DNA of 48,013 nucleotides from Flavobacteriales bacterium (GTDB taxonomy: Bacteria; Bacteroidota; Bacteroidia; Flavobacteriales_F; PHOS-HE28), in NCBI GenBank assembly GCA_020437875.1, contig JAGQVR010000003.1, positions 1 to 48,013 on the forward strand, read 5' to 3'. A program made the translations under genes and the position numbers. The notes under the pieces were generated by a model, which was not told the DNA's origin, made no database searches, and saw nothing but the letters and a program-made list of their open reading frames with translations. Positions within the stretch are counted from its first letter, which is position 1, and every line of letters begins with the position of its first letter. Shown in pieces: positions 27,726 to 35,750 of the stretch.

Positions 27726-29255
27726 GTGCCCTTCAACCCGGCGTATAGCCACCCCGCTTTGTTCCGCACGGCCCAACAGTCCCCTCTGCTCAAGCGGCGT
27801 TGGTATCTCTACATCGCGCTGGCCCTGCTCGTCCGGGGTCTCTATATCGGGATACAACACCATTACAGGCAGGGTTGGGAGCAGCCAGGTGTGCTATCCC
27901 TTGAATCGGGGGATACCAAGGGTTACCTGGACCCGGTGGAGAACCTGCTCACCCAAGGCCGGTACGAGCCGGATTACCGCATGCCCGGTGTCGCCGCGCC
28001 GTACTGGCTGTTCCGCCAGTTCTTCAATGTAGGGGGAAGCCGCGATGCCTTGGTGCTTCTGCAGTGGCTGCTTTCCGGTATCAACGTGTACGTGCTGGCG
28101 CTCATCGCGCTTCGCATGACCGGCTCCGAGCGGATCGCGCTGATGGTCTATGCCACCTTCCTCGCAAGTGCATACAGCAGCTGGTTCGACCCGGTCATCG
28201 CCTCGGACAGTCTGTCGATCTCGGCGCTGATCCTGCATGTTCACTTCCTGCAGTCCGCACTGGACAAGGGTTCGCGCGGCCGGTTGTTGCTTTCCGGATC
28301 GCTCCTGGCCTGGTTCGTGTTCCTGCGCCCGATCGGTGTGCTGCTGGTTCCGTTGTCCGCCGCGCTGGTCCTCTGGCGTAGTGAAGGTCCGAGACCCTGG
28401 CGTCCAGCGATCCTTCTGGCCCTTCCCTTCCTCCTGCTCGATGGGTTGTGGACCGCCCGCAACCTTTCCGTTCACGGCCGGTTCAGCCCGCTCACGAACC
28501 AGGGCTGGTTCCCGGAGGATTTCAGTCGCGAGATCCGCGCGCATGCAATGCACTTCGTCCAGGGGTACGGCGGGAACTATATCTGGTGGGATCCGGGCTC
28601 CGACATCCGATGGTACGGCGTGTGGAAGGGTGGCGCGACGATCGACGATGAGGGCAGGCAGGCCAAGGCCCCTCCACCCTACGCGTACGTGGAAGGCTAC
28701 ACCGCCGAGGACCTTTACGCACTCAGCGAGCGTGTTCGGCGCGTGGAGACCGGGCACCTCCAGCCGCCTGACTCGATCGCCGAGATCGCATCGATCAATG
28801 CCCGATTCGATGCGTTCGCCGAGCTCTACAAGGAACGTGCGCCCTTTCAATACCACGTGCTGAGCCGGTTCAGGATGTTCAAGAACCTGGTCTGGCAGAA
28901 CGGCACGGAATCATTGATCATCATACCGTTCGCGGAACTTCCACTTTGGGCGAAGCTCTTCAAGCTCATGCAGGTGGCGGCCTACGTGCTCAGCTTCACG
29001 ATCGGAACGATCGCCTGTGTGATCGTGCTCTGGCGCTGGCGGCAGGCCCCGACCCTGCTCCATGTGTGGATCCCGTTCATCGTGGCCTACCTGGTGCTCA
29101 TCTTCCCGTTCGCCCTGCGCATGTGCGAATGGCGTTACATGGCGCATCCCTTCCCCTTTGCCCTGCTGCTCGCAGTGATCCTGGTGGCGCGAAAAGGTCG
29201 CCTGAGCGGAGGACATCCGGCGACCGTCGCATCAGCCGTCGTCAACGATCGCTGA
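27726..29255 (+). CDS. Multi-pass membrane protein, probable GT-C fold glycosyltransferase (ArnT/PMT-like); cassette 1
   Basis: About 11 or more hydrophobic segments. The first-loop motif 'GDTKGYLDPVENLLTQGRYEPDYRMPGV' is shared with the protein at 31065..32480. The start is uncertain: GTG at 27726 overlaps a CACCTTTG promoter-like box, and TTG at 27759 is an alternative. Confidence 0.55.
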   Translation: MPFNPAYSHPALFRTAQQSPLLKRRWYLYIALALLVRGLYIGIQHHYRQGWEQPGVLSLESGDTKGYLDPVENLLTQGRYEPDYRMPGVAAPYWLFRQFFNVGGSRDALVLLQWLLSGINVYVLALIALRMTGSERIALMVYATFLASAYSSWFDPVIASDSLSISALILHVHFLQSALDKGSRGRLLLSGSLLAWFVFLRPIGVLLVPLSAALVLWRSEGPRPWRPAILLALPFLLLDGLWTARNLSVHGRFSPLTNQGWFPEDFSREIRAHAMHFVQGYGGNYIWWDPGSDIRWYGVWKGGATIDDEGRQAKAPPPYAYVEGYTAEDLYALSERVRRVETGHLQPPDSIAEIASINARFDAFAELYKERAPFQYHVLSRFRMFKNLVWQNGTESLIIIPFAELPLWAKLFKLMQVAAYVLSFTIGTIACVIVLWRWRQAPTLLHVWIPFIVAYLVLIFPFALRMCEWRYMAHPFPFALLLAVILVARKGRLSGGHPATVASAVVNDR

Positions 29256-29982
29256 CCGTGGCGATGATCGAGGTACCCTTCCATCGGGCGGGGAGCAGCG
29301 CATGGTCCAGTCGGAAGAGGACGGCGAGGATCCGGTGGATCATCCGCGAAGTCCACGAAACAGGGACATTGTAGCGCGTCTCACGCCGACCCTTGAGTCG
29401 AAGCACCAGCCACGCTGCTGGATAGAGCAGGTGGAAGAAGTAGGAAGCCTTCCATCTCCTGTCGCCTCCAGGATCCAAATGCGCACGCACGGTGGCCAGG
29501 TCGTAGCGACGAAAATGCCGGTTGAACTCGTCGTAGTTGCAGAATAGTTCCTGGCGGGCAGGCACCGTAACGATGAAGTTCCGCACCTCGGGCAGGAACG
29601 CGCGGATGCGGGCCACGAAGCCGGCGGCATCCTCGATGTGCTCGATCACATCGAGTAGCAGGATCGTGCGGAAACGCACTAGTTCAGAGGGATCGAGGTC
29701 GAACAGGTCGACACCCGTTCGTACGTGGTCCTTCACGCTATCGAGCGGCTTCACAGGTGCGAGGTCGACCCCGATGATATCGATGCCGCGCGCGCGTAGG
29801 TCCGCCACGATGAGCCCCTTGCCACAGCCCACCTCGAGAACAGGTCCCGGACCAACGGAGCGGACAGCATCGGCCACAACGCCGTTCCGGCAGATGTTCC
29901 AATAGTGTCGCTCCACCCCTGTCGGGTAGATCGCCTCGAACTGCTGCTCGTCGAATGCGGTATCCGGAGCCTCAGTCGCCAT
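29242..29982 (-). CDS. Class I SAM-dependent methyltransferase (cassette 2; paralog of 25333..26070)
   Basis: 'VLEVGCGKGL' motif I, N-terminal 'RHYW' and a hydrophobic C-terminal extension 'FFHLLYPAAWLVLRLK'. It overlaps the upstream GT2 by 11 nt. Confidence 0.8.
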   Translation of the reverse strand: MATEAPDTAFDEQQFEAIYPTGVERHYWNICRNGVVADAVRSVGPGPVLEVGCGKGLIVADLRARGIDIIGVDLAPVKPLDSVKDHVRTGVDLFDLDPSELVRFRTILLLDVIEHIEDAAGFVARIRAFLPEVRNFIVTVPARQELFCNYDEFNRHFRRYDLATVRAHLDPGGDRRWKASYFFHLLYPAAWLVLRLKGRRETRYNVPVSWTSRMIHRILAVLFRLDHALLPARWKGTSIIATVSDR

Positions 29983-30958
29983 GGGTGGTGGTCTCGATGA
30001 TGTAGCGCGGACGATGCTTCACCTCCTTGTAGATCTTACCGACGTACTCCCCGATGACGCCGACCGACATGGTGTTGATGGCACTGAAGGTCACGGTGAG
30101 CATGGCGAGGCTGGCCCAACCCTGGATCGGGTGATCATTGAAGGCCGACCATAGGATCCAGATGCCGAGGCCGAAGGCGACCAGGAACATGAAGAGGCCG
30201 GCCAGGAAGACCAGCTTCAACGGCGTGGTCGTGAACGAGGTGATGCCCTCCCATGCCAGGCTGAAGAGCTTGCGGAACGGGTACTTGCTGTCACCGGCAT
30301 GCCGCTCCTGGCGGATGAAGCGCACCTCCGCCGATGGATAACCGATCAGGGGGAAGATCCCGCGCAGGTAGATGTTGGCCTCGCCGAAGCGTTCGAGGTC
30401 GGCGATGACACCCGCGTCCGCGCTCCGGAAATCGGCATGGCCCCGGATCATCCGCTTATTCATGCTGCCCATCACCCGGTAGAACAAGGCCGCTGCGATC
30501 CGCTTCGAAAAGGTGTCGACCTTTCGATCCAAGCGCACGCCATAGACCACGCGCTTCCCGGTCCGATGTTCCTCGAGCATCCGCGCCAGCACGGAAACGT
30601 CATCCTGCAGGTCGGCATCCATCGTGATCAGGATGTCCGCACGGCTCCTGTTGCTGAACAGGCCTGCGATCAGCGCGTTCGGATGCCCGAAATTGGCGCT
30701 GAGCTTGATGCCCCGGATACGTTGGTTGGCGGCCGCCAGACCACTGATCTCCTCCCACGTGGCGTCCCGGCTTCCATCATCCACGCAGCATAGGTAGCTG
30801 TCGGACGATGCGAGGCCACTGCTGATCAGGGCGTCCAGCTCCTTGAGCAGCACGCTCACCGTCCCGCCGATCACACCCGCTTCATTGTAACAAGGCAGGA
30901 CAATGCAGACCTTGAAAGGTCCATCGTTGGTGCGGGATGTACCGGGTCTTCCTTCCAT
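29972..30958 (-). CDS. GT2 polyprenyl-phosphate glycosyltransferase (ArnC/GtrB-like) with C-terminal TM pair; cassette 2
   Basis: 'VCIVLPCYNEAG', 'VDDGSRDAT' and 'TMDADLQDD'. The C-terminal helices and 'VGVIGEYVGKIY' tail are present. Confidence 0.8.
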   Translation of the reverse strand: MEGRPGTSRTNDGPFKVCIVLPCYNEAGVIGGTVSVLLKELDALISSGLASSDSYLCCVDDGSRDATWEEISGLAAANQRIRGIKLSANFGHPNALIAGLFSNRSRADILITMDADLQDDVSVLARMLEEHRTGKRVVYGVRLDRKVDTFSKRIAAALFYRVMGSMNKRMIRGHADFRSADAGVIADLERFGEANIYLRGIFPLIGYPSAEVRFIRQERHAGDSKYPFRKLFSLAWEGITSFTTTPLKLVFLAGLFMFLVAFGLGIWILWSAFNDHPIQGWASLAMLTVTFSAINTMSVGVIGEYVGKIYKEVKHRPRYIIETTTHGD

Positions 30959-31064
30959 CGTTGGTGCTCGTCCGGTCGCGAACTTAGCCCTTCCGGTCCT
31001 TGTCGCGGCCAGTACCCCTCACCCGTGGAAATTCCGCACCTTGGCGCTCTGCCGGAAGGAACAC

Positions 31065-32480
31065 ATGCCATTCGCCGCGAGAATACTCCAGTTCCTTGAC
31101 CGACGCCGGACATTCCACGCGCTGCTCGTCCTGAACGTGCTCATGGTCCTCGTGACCCTCTGGATGAGCCGGAACAGCATGCTGAGCGACGGCTGGTCCT
31201 ATCTGAACCTTGCCGAGGGCATCCTGCATGGCAGATACAGCATGTGGTGGGTGCTGGATGGGTATTACGCCGACACCTTCCGCGCACCTGGCTATCCGTT
31301 CTTCGTCGCTTGCTGTCTCAAGCTCTTCGGTACCTGGAAGTCGGTGAAGGCGGTGAACTTCCTCCTGTACTGGATCGCCCTGTACCACGCGTTGCGAACG
31401 GTCGAGCACCTGGATCCACGCCGTTCGACCAGGAGCATCTTCCTGTTGCTGTTGCTCCCGATGGTGAACATCCCGTTCTACATCAATCAGCTGTACACGG
31501 AGATCCCTGTCCTGGCCGGGCTGACCTTCCTGATGGACGCCTATCTCCGACCGGGTAGGTGGAGCATCGGCCGGGCGATCACGGCCGGGCTGCTCATGGG
31601 CTTCCTCATCCTGTGCAAGCCGATGCTCCTCGGTTTTCCGATCGGTATGGTGGCGCTGGCCTGGTGGTTCGGTCGCCGGAAGGCCGATCTGCGTGGCCAA
31701 TTGGTGATGCTCGGCCTGTGCGGACTGTCCCTCTTACCATACGGTCTGTGGAGCTTGAAGCATCATGGGGTCTTCAAGGTGACGCCGATACAGGGTGGCG
31801 GCGGCTACATGCACTTCGCTTACTGGTGTGGCAAGATGCCAGCCTACCAGGACACCATATCGCTGCGCAACTTCACGGGCGATGAGCTGATCCGGTTCAC
31901 CCCGGCGGATTCGGTCAAATCGAACATCCATGCGTTCGAAGAGGAATGGGCTGGCGTGAACGCCCAGCTCGCCCCCCTGTTGACCCGCAAGGACTCAGTG
32001 ATGATGGCCTCGTGGGACAGGCTCCCTTACGCTGCGGAGCCGACCTACAACACCGCGTACGCGTTGATGCGTGAGAAGCTGCTCGGGCGGCTCGCCATCG
32101 ACCGGATGTTACATGACCCCTGGTACACCCTGGGCTACAAGGCCTACACTGCGGTCCGCCTTTGGGTCATCGGCATCCAACGCCAGGACTTCGAACGGGC
32201 CTCGTTCAGAAGCCGCGTCCAGATGCTCTACGCCACCGGGAGCACCTTGCTGAACTTCTTGTTGGCACTCGTCCTCCTCCCTTGGGCCTACCTGCGCGGG
32301 GTCCTCGCGCTGCGCACCACCTGGCCGCTGCTCGCTACCGTGCTCTACGTGTGGCTCCTCCACATCCCCTTCACCATACAGGCACGATACACCGTATGTG
32401 CCCGCTTCGCCCTCTTCGTGCTCATGGCCCTTGCCTTGACCGGTCTGCTACAGCGGTTCAGCGCGAAGAGGAACGCCTAA
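31065..32480 (+). CDS. Multi-pass membrane protein, probable GT-C fold glycosyltransferase (ArnT/PMT-like); cassette 2
   Basis: 471 aa from the internal ATG 'MPFAARILQFL'. The first-loop motif is 'SDGWSYLNLAEGILHGRY...FRAPGYPFF'. It has many TM segments and diverges from the GT2. Confidence 0.6.
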   Translation: MPFAARILQFLDRRRTFHALLVLNVLMVLVTLWMSRNSMLSDGWSYLNLAEGILHGRYSMWWVLDGYYADTFRAPGYPFFVACCLKLFGTWKSVKAVNFLLYWIALYHALRTVEHLDPRRSTRSIFLLLLLPMVNIPFYINQLYTEIPVLAGLTFLMDAYLRPGRWSIGRAITAGLLMGFLILCKPMLLGFPIGMVALAWWFGRRKADLRGQLVMLGLCGLSLLPYGLWSLKHHGVFKVTPIQGGGGYMHFAYWCGKMPAYQDTISLRNFTGDELIRFTPADSVKSNIHAFEEEWAGVNAQLAPLLTRKDSVMMASWDRLPYAAEPTYNTAYALMREKLLGRLAIDRMLHDPWYTLGYKAYTAVRLWVIGIQRQDFERASFRSRVQMLYATGSTLLNFLLALVLLPWAYLRGVLALRTTWPLLATVLYVWLLHIPFTIQARYTVCARFALFVLMALALTGLLQRFSAKRNA

Positions 32481-32495
32481 GTTGGTCCACGGTAC

Positions 32496-33323
32496 TTATG
32501 GAAGTCGCAGGGACCAGGCCCCGGCTTCCAACGGAAGGAAGTCAAGCGTGCTTCCCGGATGTTCGGCGGCCCAGCGGTGCGCGATGGCACGTTCATCGGA
32601 ACGTCCTCCATCATCCAGCAGGACGCGTGCACCTCTCGCAAGATGACCGGCGAGCATTGGTAATGCCGGATATCGGGCCATGGACCGCAGCGTATCCGGT
32701 GGACCATCAACGACCAACAGGTCCGCGGGTGACACCAGTTCGAGCGTTGAGAGGTCGTACCACGGATAACGCTCACCATTCACCATCTGTTCCTTCAGTG
32801 GCGCATCCAGTACCGTCGCGATCCCTTCGAGCCCGTGATCAGCGATGGCCCGGCGCGTGATCCCGGCGTAATGCGGATCATGCTCAAGGGCCACCACCCT
32901 TCCGGTGCCGAGCTGCTTCAGGCAGAGCCCGATCACCACGGTGGAGGTCCCACTGCTCACCTCGAGCACACACGTGGGGCGGTGCCGTTGGATGTGCGTG
33001 ACAAGCTCCCGCAGGAGGTCCGGTGATGCCGCCCAGAAACGCGTCGGTGGAAGTGGTGCCGCCGGCTTCAGGGTCGAATGGATGGCAAGCAAGGCCTCCA
33101 TCTGCACGTAGTTGGAACGCACCTCCTTCACCTGACGCTCGAACAGCCCGAGACCGAAGTTCCGTGACTCGATCACCAGGAAGGCGAGGAAGATCGACAA
33201 CAGGCCCATGGTGATCATGATGGCACCACTGCCGATCCAGGGCTGCAGGACAAGGCCGAGCAACACGGCCATGGCCGGCACACCGATCACGACCGACCAT
33301 TGGCGCAGGTTCATCCTTCCCAT
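32496..33323 (-). CDS. Membrane-anchored class I SAM-dependent methyltransferase
   Basis: From the internal 'MGRMNLRQ' start there are two N-terminal TM helices ('WSVVIGVPAMAVLLGLVL', 'IMITMGLLSIFLAFLVI'). A Rossmann core follows: 'VLEVSSGTSTVVIG', 'VVALEHD' and 'LLVVDGP'. Confidence 0.65.
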   Translation of the reverse strand: MGRMNLRQWSVVIGVPAMAVLLGLVLQPWIGSGAIMITMGLLSIFLAFLVIESRNFGLGLFERQVKEVRSNYVQMEALLAIHSTLKPAAPLPPTRFWAASPDLLRELVTHIQRHRPTCVLEVSSGTSTVVIGLCLKQLGTGRVVALEHDPHYAGITRRAIADHGLEGIATVLDAPLKEQMVNGERYPWYDLSTLELVSPADLLVVDGPPDTLRSMARYPALPMLAGHLARGARVLLDDGGRSDERAIAHRWAAEHPGSTLDFLPLEAGAWSLRLP

Positions 33324-33419
33324 CGACGCGTTCCTATTAGTGGACGCAAGGATAGTGATCACCCGCCAACCGGGCCTGCCACGCGGGAGCGTACATGGCC
33401 ACCGGCAGGGCACAAAGGA

Positions 33420-33427
33420 TAGTTTTG
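33420..33427 (+). promoter_or_regulatory. Bacteroidota -7 box (TAGTTTTG) upstream of the 755-aa glycosyltransferase operon
   Basis: Perfect TAnnTTTG match 40 nt upstream of the ATG at 33467, in a divergent intergenic region. Confidence 0.4.
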
Positions 33428-33466
33428 CCGCCCAACGGTCGCCTGCCATAGCCGGGCACCTCCTGC

Positions 33467-35734
33467 ATGCAACGCAGTCCGCGCGCCATATTCCTCTTCT
33501 CCCTGGAACCATGGGGCGACATGTGGTACTCCAAGCACCATTACGCGGCCTTCCTCGCCAAGAGCTTTCCGGTCTACTTCATCAGCCTGCCCGACCGCTG
33601 GCGCTGGACCGACCTCTTCTCGATGAGCGCCAGGGTGCGTACCGTGAAGGAGGGCGTGCACGTCGTGGAGTATCGGAACAACCTGCCGCTCCGACTGCTC
33701 CCGGCACCGCTGGAGCGCCTGATGAACAGGCTCAACGCATGGAAGTTGCGCCGGCTCGTTCCATCGAGCGACCTCCTACTCTGGTGCTTCCACCCGGCAG
33801 CCGTGGTGGAGAGCGCTGTGTTGCGGCGCCCTGGGACGAAGGTGGTCTACCATGTCGTCGACCCCTATCAGGGGCTGTCCAATGACAGTTCATTCGCACG
33901 CTCCTCGGACATGGTGGCCGCGATCAATCCGTGGTATCTCCAGTATTACAGCCGCCTTAACGACACCTGCCTGTTGATCCCGCATGGTGTGCGTGCGGAG
34001 GACCGCACCCCGCGCCCGGCGCAGGTGTCGTATTACCAGGAACAGTGGGGGACCTATGCGATCATGGCCGCGGGCCTGAACTACCGGACGAATTACGCCC
34101 TGCTGATCGACCTTGCCCAGAAGCGACCGGACCTCCGGTTGATCATCGCAGGGGAGCTCTTCGCCATGGACCCGGAACAACAGGCACGACGCGATACGCT
34201 CTTCGCCCAACCGAACGTCACCTACGTCGGGGTGAAGCATCCGGATGCGCTGCGGGACATCATCCGCGGCGCAGCGATGGGTCTGGTGACCTATGACTTC
34301 GAACCGACACGCAGTGTACCTGAGACCGGAGAGGGTACACCGCTCAAGGTGATCACCTACCTGGCGCAGGGTTGCCCGGCTATCACCACCATCAACAGTT
34401 ATGTGCCGGTGCTCGACGGCCACGGCATCTTCAAGGCGGAGGATACCGATCACTTCGTTCAGCTCGTGGGCGAGGTGCTCGCAGGCCGGTTGACCACCGA
34501 TCAGGTGATCGTGGAACGCTACCTGGACTCGGTGGATTACGAGCGCCTCACCAATCGCATCCTTGAGCGGATGTACCCCGCGCCTGTGGAGGAGACCGCG
34601 GGGGAGGAGGCCTTGCGACAGCCCATCGCGGAGGAGAGGCCGATCGTGCCGGCGGATAGTGTCATCCTCATCATCTCCAATGAGGGTTGGGACGGCCCTC
34701 GCTACAGCAAGCATCGATTCGCCATGGCGCTGACACGACACAGGCGTGTGTTCTTCATCGACCCCGCCCCCCAATGGCGACCGCGACACCTGTTCCAATG
34801 GCGCATCGGCTCACATCGCACACCGGAGGGGATCACCGTTCTGAACTACCGGAACACCATCCCCCTGCTGGGCGGTGCGCTCGGTTCCATCAACGACCGG
34901 TTGGTGAGCTTCCGCATCCGCCGTTACCTCCAACGGTCCGGCATTCCCTGGCCCCTTTTCTGGAGCTTCGACCCCAGTCGCCTGCTCTCTCCGCGGCAAC
35001 TCGGGGCTGTACGGGCCGTTTATCATTGTGCGGACGACCACACTTTCCGATGGAAGGGAGAGAAGGCGCTTGCCAGGAATTGTGATCATGTCTTCTGTAT
35101 CGCTCGCGACCTCATGCCCCGCTTCCTGCCTTTGAACAGCTCGGTGCACCACGTACCGCATGGCATTTCGGCCAGGGACCTGTCCACCGATCCGGGACCG
35201 CCTCCCAGTCTTCCGGTGAAGCCCGGATTCGGGCTCTACATCGGCAATGTGAACGATCGCCACGACTTCGTTATCTGGGAGCGCCTCTTCGCCGGCCATC
35301 CGGAGGTCGACTTCCTGATCATCGGACCGGAATATGTGACGGATCCGGTGGGAAGGCGCTTGATCGATCAACGCCCCTATCCCAATGTGACCTTTCACCC
35401 ACCGGTACCCTATGAACAGCTGGTGAGTTACATCGCTGCTTCGGGATTCGGCTTCCTCTTCCTGAAGCCCGAGCATCCGGCCAACCGGATATCGAGCCAG
35501 AAGGTGATCCAATTCCTGGCGCAGGGCAAACCCTTCTTCTGCAGCTGGCTGTCCGAGTATGCGGACGTGCAGGGGCCGACCATCCATGTCTCCAACGATA
35601 TGGACGGGACGCTCGCCTTGTTCCGGGAGTTCCTGCATCATGGCGACCCTCCGGATGCGGCGGCGGCGCGGATCCGGCTCGCACGTGAACAGTACTATCC
35701 GAACATGATCCGCGGCCTTCCGTTCCGCCTATGA
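33467..35734 (+). CDS. Two-module glycosyltransferase (tandem internal duplication; TuaH/GT4-like modules)
   Basis: Module 1 (about 33467-34576) and module 2 (about 34658-35734) align along their length. Paired segments are 'FLFSLEPWGDMWYSKHHYA' and 'LIISNEGWDGPRYSKHRFA', 'VVEYRNNLPL' and 'VLNYRNTIPL', 'IPHGV' and 'VPHGI', 'PNVTYVG' and 'PNVTFHP', and 'KVITYLAQGCP' and 'KVIQFLAQGKP'. They are joined by a Glu/Ala/Pro-rich linker. Confidence 0.65.
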   Translation: MQRSPRAIFLFSLEPWGDMWYSKHHYAAFLAKSFPVYFISLPDRWRWTDLFSMSARVRTVKEGVHVVEYRNNLPLRLLPAPLERLMNRLNAWKLRRLVPSSDLLLWCFHPAAVVESAVLRRPGTKVVYHVVDPYQGLSNDSSFARSSDMVAAINPWYLQYYSRLNDTCLLIPHGVRAEDRTPRPAQVSYYQEQWGTYAIMAAGLNYRTNYALLIDLAQKRPDLRLIIAGELFAMDPEQQARRDTLFAQPNVTYVGVKHPDALRDIIRGAAMGLVTYDFEPTRSVPETGEGTPLKVITYLAQGCPAITTINSYVPVLDGHGIFKAEDTDHFVQLVGEVLAGRLTTDQVIVERYLDSVDYERLTNRILERMYPAPVEETAGEEALRQPIAEERPIVPADSVILIISNEGWDGPRYSKHRFAMALTRHRRVFFIDPAPQWRPRHLFQWRIGSHRTPEGITVLNYRNTIPLLGGALGSINDRLVSFRIRRYLQRSGIPWPLFWSFDPSRLLSPRQLGAVRAVYHCADDHTFRWKGEKALARNCDHVFCIARDLMPRFLPLNSSVHHVPHGISARDLSTDPGPPPSLPVKPGFGLYIGNVNDRHDFVIWERLFAGHPEVDFLIIGPEYVTDPVGRRLIDQRPYPNVTFHPPVPYEQLVSYIAASGFGFLFLKPEHPANRISSQKVIQFLAQGKPFFCSWLSEYADVQGPTIHVSNDMDGTLALFREFLHHGDPPDAAAARIRLAREQYYPNMIRGLPFRL

Positions 35735-35750
35735 CACCGGCTTCCGAACC

